NCBI GenBank assembly: GCA_050692855.1
Contig: JBOGVO010000066.1
Span: 1-36,445, forward strand
DNA: 36,445 nt
Origin: Actinomycetota bacterium
GTDB taxonomy: Bacteria; Actinomycetota; UBA4738; HRBIN12
Direction: 5' to 3'
Position 1 is the first letter of the stretch, and the number at the start of each line of letters is the position of its first letter. Below, in pieces: positions 27,510-35,910 of this stretch. The notes below the pieces were generated by a model, which saw only the letters and a list, made by a program, of their open reading frames with translations, ran no database searches and was not told the DNA's origin. The position numbers and the translations under genes were made by a program.

Positions 27510-29631
27510 TGGAGGGTCGATCGACGCCGGTGCGCTCCCGGTCGCCGGCCCACCCGGCGCGGTGGCCGTGGGTCGTGTTCGCGTCGTTCCTCTCCGCGGC
27601 AGTCCTCGGCCTCGTCCTCGTCGCCGCGAACGAGGCCTCGATCGGCGAGCAGATGCCGTTCGTCGTGGCGTTCTCGATGTTCGGCGTCGTCGGCGCGCTC
27701 ATCGTGAGCCGTGAGCGCAGGAACGTGATCGGTGGCCTGCTGCTGTACGGATCGTTCGCCACCGCGCTTTCCTTCGTGGCCGGCGAGCTCTTCACCTGGC
27801 TCGTGTCGCGCGGTTCGACCGGTGCGCTCGCCCAGGTCATGGGCCTGCTGTCGTCCCTCGGCTGGTTGTTCGGGATCCTTCCCGTGCTGTTCGTGCTGCC
27901 GCTGTTGTTCCGGACGGCCGTCTTCCGTCAGCTCGGTGGAGGCCGTTCCTGTGGCTCATCCTCGCGAGCCTGGCGCTCATGTTCGTCGGCCTCGCGTTCG
28001 GTGAGCCGCTGCTGTCAGGGTCCAACGAACGCCCGACGATCCCCAACCCCCTGTACATCAGCGCGCTCGACGCGGCCCGGATACCAGACGCCGTCTTCGG
28101 GCTCCTCTACTTCGGCATCTTCGCGACGTCGGTGGCCTCACTGTTCGTTCGGTTCCGCGGGTCGAGCGGGACCGAACGGCAGCAGATCAAGTGGGTCGCG
28201 TTCGGCGTCCTCGCAGGCTTCGTCGCCGCCTTCCTCAGCGACGCGATCGCCGGCGAGCCCTTGCTGAGCGCGGTGGTCGGCGGAGCCGGTTTCCTCGCCT
28301 TCCCGGTCTCGATCGGCATCGCGGTCCTGCGGTTCCACCTCTACGACCTCGACGTCCTCGTCCGGAAGACCGTGCTGTACGCGGCGCTCGCCCTCTTCGC
28401 GACGCTCGTGTACCTCGCGGTCGTGGTCGGCGTGGGGGCATGGCTGGGCAGGGGGAGCTCGGTCCTGACGATGATCGCGGCCGTCGTCGTGGCCGTGACC
28501 TTCCAGCCCGTCCGAGCGCTGGTGACGCGGTTCGCCGACCGGCTCGTGTACGGGAAGCGCGCCACGCCCTACGAGGTGCTTTCGGATTTCTCCGAGCGCG
28601 TCGGCGGCGCGTACGCGGATGAGGACGTGTTGCCGCGCATGGTCCGGGTGCTCGGCGAGGGGGTCGGGGCGGAACGAGCCGACGTCTGGCTCGCCGTCGA
28701 AGGCGAGCTCCGGGACGTCGCGACGTGGCCGTCGGATGCCGCTACCAGGCAGCCGATCCGCACGACGGAGGGATCCGGACCGACCACCAACGGGATCGAG
28801 GGCGGATTCCCGGTCGAGCACGCGGGCCAGTTGCTCGGCGTCCTGGCGGTGGTGAAGCCCGCGAACGATCCCCTGACTCCCGCCGACGAGAAGCTGGTCA
28901 CCGATCTCGCCGCCCAAGCCGGACTCGTCCTTCGGAACGTCCGGCTCACCGAGGAGCTCCTGGCGCGTCTCGACGACCTCCCGGGCGGCCCAGAAACGTC
29001 TCGTCAACGCCCAGGACGAAGGGCGACGCCGGCTCGAGCGAAACATCCACGACGGGGCGCAACAACAGCTCGTCGCCCTCACGGTGAAGTCTCGCCTGGC
29101 GCGATCGATCGCCCGGCGCGACCCCGCCAAGGCGCTCGAGGTGCTCGGCCAGATCGAGGCCGAGACACAGGAAGCGCTCGAGGACCTGCGCGACCTGGCT
29201 CGAGGGATCTACCCTCCCCTCCTAGCCGACAAGGGCCTTGCGGGCCGCCCTCGAGGCGCAGGCGCGCAAGTCACCCCTGCCCGTGATGGTCGAGGCCGAC
29301 GGTGTCGGGCGCATTCCGCAGGAGATCGAGGCGGCTGTGTACTTCTCCGCCCTCGAGGCTCTGCAGAACACGGCGAAGTACGCTGAGGCATCGTCGGCGA
29401 CGGTCTCGCTCCGGCGTTCGAACGGGGCGCTCTGGTTCTCGGTCACCGACGACGGCCGGGGGTTCGATCCAAACGCGACCGAGGGGCGGAACCGGTCTGC
29501 AGGGCATCGCGGACCGACTGGGTGCGCTCGACGGCACCTTGGAGATCGAGAGCAGTCCCGGAGCGGGCACGACGGTGACGGGACGGGTGCCTGTGCAGGC
29601 TGGCGAGCGCGACGAAGGGCGGACGGTGTGA
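27506..29631 (+). pseudogene. sensor histidine kinase paralogue F, disrupted by four single-base indels
   Basis: GTG 27506 overlaps the E stop (GTGA). Homology to E hops through frames 2>1>2>0>1. There is a -1 at ~27910-27912 (LLF[P]DGRLPSARWR), a +1 at ~28980-28982 (LDDL|RAAQKRLV), a +1 at ~29241 (DKGL|AALEAQARKSP) and a +1 in the G-run at 29483-29486 (NATE|GTGLQGIADR). The length is 2126 nt, which is 708 codons plus a net +2. Confidence 0.85.
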
Positions 29632-29825
29632 CCAGACGGACATCGGCTCGTCCTAAGGGCTTCCGCCGGATCGAGCGTTGGATGGTCGGCGTGGTCTTCG
29701 CGGTCATGGCGTTCGTGCTCGAGAAGTTCGTGCTCCACGCGGTCCGGAAGAAGGGCGTGGCCGAGGAGCCCGAGGAGGTCACGACGATGATCTCCAAGGG
29801 TGGCGAGGTCGACGTCGACCTCTAG
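29628..29825 (+). CDS. small hypothetical membrane protein (65 aa, or 47 aa from ATG 29682)
   Basis: GTG 29628 overlaps the F stop (GTGA). A basic N-terminus (RRTSARPKGFRRIERW) is followed by one hydrophobic helix (MVGVVFAVMAFVLEKFVL) and an acidic tail. Codons are GC3-rich. I recognise no family. Confidence 0.4.
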   Translation: MTRRTSARPKGFRRIERWMVGVVFAVMAFVLEKFVLHAVRKKGVAEEPEEVTTMISKGGEVDVDL

Positions 29826-29840
29826 TCCGATCGAGACTAG
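29822..29840. terminator. possible bidirectional hairpin embedding both convergent stop codons
   Basis: CTAGTC (29822-29827) and GACTAG (29835-29840) form a 6-bp stem with a 7-nt loop. Both TAG stops (29823-29825 plus strand, 29837-29839 minus strand) lie in the arms. The stem is weak. Confidence 0.2.
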
Positions 29841-31978
29841 TTACGCCGTCGCACGAGGTCGATCACGAGCGCGAGCGTCAGCAGCAGCGCACTCGCACCG
29901 AACGCTCCCGGCAACCAGCCCGGCACCCGGTCGCTGACCGCCGTGAGGGCCGTGCCCAGGATCGCCGCGCCGGCGGTGAGCGCGAGCGCCAGCCGCCGCC
30001 CCGCGCGCCGGATCGTCGTCTCGAGCGTCGCCGCGCGGAAGTTCACCTCGAGCTTCTGGCCGGGGCGCGCCCCGATCAGGCGCTCGACGGCTTCCACGAC
30101 CCGGTGGAACCGCACCTTGAACCGTTGCGCCTGGTAGAAGAGCGCCTTCGGATCGGCCTTGCTCGTCATGTCGCGAACGAGCGCCCGCATCAGGAACGAT
30201 CCCGCCACGTCGAACGGGTCGAGCTCCGGGTCGAGCTCGGCCGTGGCGAGCTGCATCTGCGCGAGTGCCTTCCCGGTGAGCGCGAGCGACGCCGGCAGGG
30301 GCACCTCGTGGCGGAGCGAGATCTCCGTCACCTCCTGCAGGATCGGCCCGAGCTGGATGTCGGCGAGCGACGCCGTGCGGTACTTGGCGACCATCGCACC
30401 CATCTCCTCGCCGAACGCGTCGACGTCGAGATCGGTGCGGTCCATCGCCCCGGCGAGCATCAGCGTCACGTCGGTGAGGAACGAGACGTCCTCCTGCCAG
30501 AACGCCATCAGCAGCAGCAGGAGCTGCTCGCGCATCTCGGGGCTGACCTCGCCGATCATGCCCAGGTCGAGCAGGTACAGGCGCTCCTCCGCAGGTTGCC
30601 ACATCAGGTTGCCCGGGTGCGGGTCGGCGTGGAAGAACCCGTCGACCATGATCTGCTTGTAGAAGCTCTCGAGCAGCTGCCGGGCGGCTTCCTTGCGCGG
30701 GGTCCCCTCGGGCGCGATCGAGATCGGCCCTCCCTGCACGTCCTGCATCACGAGCAACCGGGAGGTCGACAGATCGGCGTGCACCACCGGCACCCGCAGC
30801 CTGGGGTACTGGGCGATGCTTTCGCGCAGGCGCTCGATGTTGCCCGCTTCCTGCCGGAAGTCGAGCTCGCGGTGCAGGGAGTCGGACAGATGCTGGAAGA
30901 CGGCGTGCATGTCGATCACCTGACGCAGGCCCGGGCGGGCGGAGACCTTCTCAGCGAAGACCTCGAGCAGCGCGAGATCCTGTTCGATCTGCTCCCGGGC
31001 ATCGGGGCGTTGCACCTTCACCACGACCGGGTCGCCGGTGGCGAGGGTGGCGCGGTGGACCTCGGCGATCGTGCCGGCGGCTAGCGGGGCCGGGTCGATG
31101 TGTTCGAAGACGTCCTCCCAGGGCACGCCGAGCTCCTGCTCCATGACCTCCACGACGTCCTGCTCGCTCAGGGGCGGCACGTTGTCCTGCAGGGTCGCGA
31201 GCTCCTCGATGTATTCGGGCGGAAGCAGGTCCGGCCGCGTGGACAGGATCTGCCCGAGCTTCGCGAAGGTGGGGCCGAGCTCCTCGAGGGCGGCGCGCAG
31301 ACGTTTGCCCTGGCGCCTCCGCCCGACCGCGCCCTCCTCGTCGGGACGGCCGAACAGTTCCTTCAGGCCGTGTTTGGCGAAGACGGCGGCGATGCGGCCG
31401 CCGCGCGCCGTGAGCCGCGGGGTGAACTCCGTCTCCTCGGCGGCGCTGATGCGCACCTGGGCCGAGGTGGGCGAGGGCGTGTTGGCGACGACGTGCCCGT
31501 CTCCGGCCGTGTTGACGATGATCACGGTGCAGCGGGCGTTGTGGCTGATGCGGTTCGGCACGTTGCCGAGCAAGAACTCCTTGCGTCCAGCCATGCCCGC
31601 GTTCCCGACGACCAGCACGTCGATGGCGTGCTCCTCGGTGGCCTCGACGATCGCCATCGCCGGGTCGTCGTGGATCACGACGTGGCCGTGTCCCCGGTCC
31701 CCCGCCACCGCCCGGGCGTAGGTCTGCAGGTCGTCGGCGGCCGAGCGGGCGCGGGTGACCTCCGCCGCCCCGTACTCCGTGTCGGCTCGGCTCGTCGGCA
31801 CGATCACCTGTACCACGTGGAGCTCGGCACCGAACGCCTCGGCGAACGTCGCAGCCCATCGCACGGCGCGTTCGGCGGTCTGTGAGCGGTCGGTGCCGAC
31901 CATCACGCGCTCGATCGGGCCGGCGATCTGCGGCTGGGCCTCGGCGTTCATGGGCGCATCATGGCGGTTCGGAGCCAT
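29837..31978 (-). CDS. USP domain fused to ABC1/UbiB-family atypical kinase, with C-terminal membrane anchor
   Basis: ATG 31978; the alternative is ATG 31951. The ORF portion upstream of these overlaps the SGNH gene. USP: ERVMVGTDRSQTAERAVRWA ... LVVGNAGMAGRKEFLLGNVPNRISHNARCTVIIV. ABC1: FAKLGQILSTRPDLLPPEYIEELATLQDNVPP, AEVHRA, VVKVQRP, HADPHPGNL, LLDLGMIG. Two terminal hydrophobic helices. Confidence 0.85.
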   Translation of the reverse strand: MAPNRHDAPMNAEAQPQIAGPIERVMVGTDRSQTAERAVRWAATFAEAFGAELHVVQVIVPTSRADTEYGAAEVTRARSAADDLQTYARAVAGDRGHGHVVIHDDPAMAIVEATEEHAIDVLVVGNAGMAGRKEFLLGNVPNRISHNARCTVIIVNTAGDGHVVANTPSPTSAQVRISAAEETEFTPRLTARGGRIAAVFAKHGLKELFGRPDEEGAVGRRRQGKRLRAALEELGPTFAKLGQILSTRPDLLPPEYIEELATLQDNVPPLSEQDVVEVMEQELGVPWEDVFEHIDPAPLAAGTIAEVHRATLATGDPVVVKVQRPDAREQIEQDLALLEVFAEKVSARPGLRQVIDMHAVFQHLSDSLHRELDFRQEAGNIERLRESIAQYPRLRVPVVHADLSTSRLLVMQDVQGGPISIAPEGTPRKEAARQLLESFYKQIMVDGFFHADPHPGNLMWQPAEERLYLLDLGMIGEVSPEMREQLLLLLMAFWQEDVSFLTDVTLMLAGAMDRTDLDVDAFGEEMGAMVAKYRTASLADIQLGPILQEVTEISLRHEVPLPASLALTGKALAQMQLATAELDPELDPFDVAGSFLMRALVRDMTSKADPKALFYQAQRFKVRFHRVVEAVERLIGARPGQKLEVNFRAATLETTIRRAGRRLALALTAGAAILGTALTAVSDRVPGWLPGAFGASALLLTLALVIDLVRRRN

Positions 31979-32036
31979 TGCGACCAGATGGGTCTGCACC
32001 GCATCTCCGAAGATCGACCATGCGTCGAGGACCACC

Positions 32037-32966
32037 TTAGGGCAGCAGCGTCTGCAGCACCCGGTTGAAGGTGTGCGCGATCCTCGCGTAGCCCTTCCGG
32101 TTCGCATGCGGGTCGCCGAAGTGCCGCTCGGAGCAGAACCACGTCCAGCGGCAGGCGCGCGTGACGTTGACGGGGAGCCGACCCCGATCCTCGACGACGA
32201 CGGTCTGAGTGAAGTCATCGATCCGAAAGGTGCCGGCCACGTCCGCGACCGTCGCCCCCGCGACCTCGTAGGTCGCCGCGAGGCCGTCGTTCAGCACCTC
32301 GAACGCCCGCAGGTCGGCCCGTGCCAGGCGATGCCCCCCGGGGACGAGTCCCCAGAACCCCAGGAAGGGCACGTAGTAGGTCATGCCCACGATGGGAACG
32401 CCGGGTCCGGCCGCGGCCCGCAGCGCGTCGAGGATCCCGGTGATCCTCGTGTTCAACCGGGGGAGCAGGTCGACCACGCAGCCCTGATCGATCAGGCCGG
32501 TGTCGAAGTCGAGGCACCTGCCGACGACGTCGTTGGCTCCGATGTCGATCGTGATGAACGAGACCTCGTCCGGATGCCGCTCGAGGAACCTGACGGCCGC
32601 GTCGAGCTGTGACCCCGCCGCGTAGCGGCACAGCGAATGCTTTCCGGTGATCATCGAGCGGCTCGTCTCCCCGGCGCAGCCCACGTTGCGGAGGCTGAGC
32701 CCTGGGATCTGCTGCCGGATGCTCCGCCACAGATCGTCGACGTACCCCTTCGCGGTCTCGCCCCTGCCGGGCTGGTAGCCGACCGCCAGGGAGTCTCCGA
32801 GCGCGAGGTAGGAGGCGGTGCCCCCGCCTGCCGCGGAGCTGGCGGGTACCGATCGCAGGGCCTCGGTCGCGCCGCCTTCGCAAGAGGCGAGCAGGAAGAG
32901 CAGTGCCAAGCAGCCCGCTGCCAAGCTCCTGATCGTCGCGGTCGTCTTCGTTCTCGCCGTTCGCAT
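32037..32966 (-). CDS. SGNH/GDSL hydrolase lipoprotein
   Basis: ATG 32966 is preceded by GGGAGGG. Signal with lipobox LLASC. SGNH blocks are LALGDSLAVG (I), GCAGETS (II), DIGANDV (III) and DPHAN (V). Confidence 0.85.
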   Translation of the reverse strand: MRTARTKTTATIRSLAAGCLALLFLLASCEGGATEALRSVPASSAAGGGTASYLALGDSLAVGYQPGRGETAKGYVDDLWRSIRQQIPGLSLRNVGCAGETSRSMITGKHSLCRYAAGSQLDAAVRFLERHPDEVSFITIDIGANDVVGRCLDFDTGLIDQGCVVDLLPRLNTRITGILDALRAAAGPGVPIVGMTYYVPFLGFWGLVPGGHRLARADLRAFEVLNDGLAATYEVAGATVADVAGTFRIDDFTQTVVVEDRGRLPVNVTRACRWTWFCSERHFGDPHANRKGYARIAHTFNRVLQTLLP

Positions 32967-33130
32967 GGAACCCTCCCGCGGCTCGACGGATGGGCCGACG
33001 GTAGGCATCGCACGAGGCGACCGCATCGATGACAACCCGCGCCGTCGCTGGGGGATACCCCTGATGACCCCGGACTCGAGAGGTGGCAGGATGAGCGACG
33101 CCCGCGAACGATGCCGTCGACCGAGGCCGC

Positions 33131-35185
33131 ATGGGGAGGGGCTCAGTGTTCAGGCCGATCAGGGCGATCGCGCTCGCGATATCGACGCTCGCGATGCTGC
33201 TGGTCATCGCGTCCGCCGTGCTGTTCACCCAGGACGGCGCCTTCGGCGGCGATCCCGTCTCCAACGCGCTCGGCCTGGCGGGGATCGCCTGCTACGTGGT
33301 GATCGGCGGGTTGATCGCGTGGCGCCTTCCCGAGAACGCCTGTGGATGGCTCCTGCTCCTGGTCGGGGGCGGGCTGGCGGCCGCCATGTTCTCGGACGCG
33401 CTGGCGACGTATGCGCTGAGAGAGGGCTTCGCGACGCTCGCGTCGTGGGCGGACTGGGCGAACGCGATGCTCTTCTTCGTGACCCTCGCGGGGATCCCGC
33501 TCTACCTCCTCGCGTTCCCCACGGGGCGTCCTCCGTCGCCGCGCTGGCGGCCGGTCGCGGTCGTCGTCATCGCCGTTGCGGTTGTGGGAACGCTCGTCAA
33601 CGCGCTGGCGCCCTCGGGCGACCTCGAGGTCGAGAATCCCATCGTCGTGGCCAGCATCGCGCCGGCGCTGGAGGCGCTGAGAGCCGCGCTCACGTTCGCG
33701 TTCGTCGCGGCTGCGGTGCTCTGTGTGGCGTCGCTCGTCGTTCGATGGCGGCGGGCCGTCGGGCTGGAACGGCAGCAGCTTCGGTGGGTCGTCGTCGTCG
33801 GAGTGCTGGCGGCGGCGTTGCTGCTCGGGTCGATCGCCTTCGGCGTGCTCGGTCTCCATCGCGTCGGCGACCCGCTGGGGGTCGCGTTCGTCCTGACGTT
33901 GACCACGGGCCTCCCGGTCTCGGCGGGCATCGCGCTGCTCAAGCATCACGTCCACGGCATCGAGGTCGTGGCGAACCGCTCGATCGTGTACGGCGCGCTC
34001 GCGGCCTTCATCACGTCGTTGTACGCGGTCATCGTGGCCGGAGTCGGGGCCGTCGTCGGTCGCAGCGAACGTGCGAACGTCCTGCTGGCGGTCGCCGCGA
34101 CGGTCGCGGCCGCCATCATCGTCCATCCCGCTCGGCAGCGAGCCCAGCGGTTCGCCGACCGGATAATCTACGGGGACCGGGCGTCCCCGTACGAACTCGT
34201 GTCGACGTTCACCGAGCGGCTCGACGTCGCGTCACTCGACGACGTGTTGCCGCAGATGGCCGAGCTCGTCGGCCAAGGGTCGGGCGCGCAGGCCGTTCGC
34301 GTATGGCTCCGATCCGGCGCCACGCTCCGGGCCGCGGCCGGCTGGCCGGCCGGCGCCGCACGGCCTTCGCCGGTACCGCTCGACGGCGGCGAGCTCCCGA
34401 TGTCCTTCGAGGATGCGTTCCCGGTTCGCCACGGCGGGCACCTGCTCGGTGTGATCACCGTCGAGATGCCGCCGCAGGAGCCGATGACGCCCGCGACGGA
34501 GCAACTGATCGCCGATCTCTCGGCGCAGGCCGGCCTCGTGTTGCGAAACGTCTCGCTCGTCGAGGAGCTGCAGCTGTCGCGTCAGCGATTGGCGACGTCG
34601 CACGACGAGGAACGACGACGTCTCGAGCGTGATCTGCACGACGGAGCACAGCAACGGCTGGTCGCGCTCTCGATGGAGCTTCGCGTGGCTCGCTCGCGAG
34701 CGGTCGAGGGTGGCGATGCCGAGCTCTCGACGAGGCTCGACTCCGCGGCAGGCGAACTCACCCGGTCGCTCGCGGAGCTCCGCGAGTTGGCGCGCGGCAT
34801 CCACCCCGCCATCCTCACGCAGAACGGTCTGGGCGCGGCGCTCCGATCGTTGGTGGAACGGTCCTCCGTCCCCGTGGAGCTCAGGTGCGTTCCCGAAGGC
34901 CGCTTCGTGCCCGAGGTGGAGGCGACGACCTACTTCCTGGTGTCCGAAGCGCTCGCGAACGTGGCGAAGCATGCCGATGCCTCCCTCGCGTTCGTCTCCG
35001 TTCGCGACGAGGCCGACCATCTCGACATCGACGTGACCGACGACGGCCGGGGAGGCGCGGAGATGAACGGCGGCAGCGGGCTCCGTGGTCTCGCCGACCG
35101 CGTCGGGGCGGTCGGCGGCCGGATGGACGTTCGAAGCCAACCCGATTCCGGCACCACGGTGCACGCTGAGATCCCGTGCGCGTAG
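33131..35185 (+). CDS. polytopic sensor histidine kinase paralogue G (most divergent copy)
   Basis: ATG 33131; an in-frame GTG at 33146 has the better SD, GGGGAGGGG at 33133-33141. Retained motifs are AFPTGRPPSPRWR, ERQQLRWV and YGDRASPYELV. H-box ERDLHDGAQQRLVAL, then GIHPAIL, N-box EALANVAKHA, DDGRGG, GSGLRGLADR. Confidence 0.9.
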   Translation: MGRGSVFRPIRAIALAISTLAMLLVIASAVLFTQDGAFGGDPVSNALGLAGIACYVVIGGLIAWRLPENACGWLLLLVGGGLAAAMFSDALATYALREGFATLASWADWANAMLFFVTLAGIPLYLLAFPTGRPPSPRWRPVAVVVIAVAVVGTLVNALAPSGDLEVENPIVVASIAPALEALRAALTFAFVAAAVLCVASLVVRWRRAVGLERQQLRWVVVVGVLAAALLLGSIAFGVLGLHRVGDPLGVAFVLTLTTGLPVSAGIALLKHHVHGIEVVANRSIVYGALAAFITSLYAVIVAGVGAVVGRSERANVLLAVAATVAAAIIVHPARQRAQRFADRIIYGDRASPYELVSTFTERLDVASLDDVLPQMAELVGQGSGAQAVRVWLRSGATLRAAAGWPAGAARPSPVPLDGGELPMSFEDAFPVRHGGHLLGVITVEMPPQEPMTPATEQLIADLSAQAGLVLRNVSLVEELQLSRQRLATSHDEERRRLERDLHDGAQQRLVALSMELRVARSRAVEGGDAELSTRLDSAAGELTRSLAELRELARGIHPAILTQNGLGAALRSLVERSSVPVELRCVPEGRFVPEVEATTYFLVSEALANVAKHADASLAFVSVRDEADHLDIDVTDDGRGGAEMNGGSGLRGLADRVGAVGGRMDVRSQPDSGTTVHAEIPCA

Positions 35186-35835
35186 TGGTGGCCGATGACG
35201 CCGTGCTGTTCCGCGAGGGTCTCGCGCGATTGCTCGGCGACGCGGGATTCGATCTGGTCGGCCAGGCGGCCGATGCCGACGAGCTCCTCGAGATCATCCG
35301 TCAGGCGCCTTCGGATCGACTCCCGCAGGTGGCTGTGGTGGACATCCGCATGCCCCCGTCGCATACCACCGAGGGTCTTGTCGCAGCGAGAACGATCCGC
35401 GCGGAGCATCCGGAGATCGGCGTGCTCATCCTGTCCCAGTACGTTGAGACCGAGCACGCGATGGAGCTCTTGGGAGACGGCGCAGGTGGCACCGGCTACC
35501 TGCTGAAGGACCGGGTCTCGGACCTCGAGGGGTTCCGTGAGGCGGTGCAGCGAGTGGGCGGCGGCGGTTCCGTGGTCGATCCCGAGGTGATCGGGCAGCT
35601 GATCGGCCGTCGGCGCGCGACGGATCCGATGGCCGATCTGACGGAACGCGAGCGCGAGGTCCTCGCGCTCATGGCTGAGGGATACTCCAACCGGGCGATC
35701 GGTGCGGGCCTGTTCCTGAGCGAGAAGACGGTGGAAGCCCACGTGCGAGGCATCTTCACGAAACTCGGACTCCTGCCGACCACGGACGAGAATCGACGCG
35801 TCCTCGCCGTGCTGGCCTTCCTGCGTTCGGCGTGA
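35176..35835 (+). CDS. NarL/LuxR-family response regulator
   Basis: GTG 35176 overlaps the last 10 nt of kinase G. MRVVVADDAVLF, VAVVDIRMPP, GYLLKDRV, and HTH LTEREREVLALMAEGYSNRAIGAGLFLSEKTVEAHVRGIFTKL. Confidence 0.92.
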   Translation: MRVVVADDAVLFREGLARLLGDAGFDLVGQAADADELLEIIRQAPSDRLPQVAVVDIRMPPSHTTEGLVAARTIRAEHPEIGVLILSQYVETEHAMELLGDGAGGTGYLLKDRVSDLEGFREAVQRVGGGGSVVDPEVIGQLIGRRRATDPMADLTEREREVLALMAEGYSNRAIGAGLFLSEKTVEAHVRGIFTKLGLLPTTDENRRVLAVLAFLRSA

Positions 35836-35836
35836 T

Positions 35837-35861
35837 GCGGCAGGTTCGTTAGACTGCCCGC
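35837..35861 (+). terminator. possible hairpin after the response-regulator gene
   Basis: GCGGCAG (35837-35843) pairs with CTGC(C)CGC (35854-35861), giving 7 bp with one bulge and a 10-nt loop. It starts 2 nt after the TGA. No U-tract. Confidence 0.25.
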
Positions 35862-35910
35862 TGGTAACAGGGTCCTGGATGGTTGTCTGCCGAGCTCCCT
35901 GGAACCCGTC

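Noticed and set aside
27506-29631. All four frameshifts in kinase F being sequencing errors in G/C runs
   Set aside because: I considered this seriously because every indel sits in a short homopolymer. However, five neighbouring paralogues and all core genes of the same composition are intact, so four errors clustered in one gene is improbable. It remains to be verified against reads (see findings).
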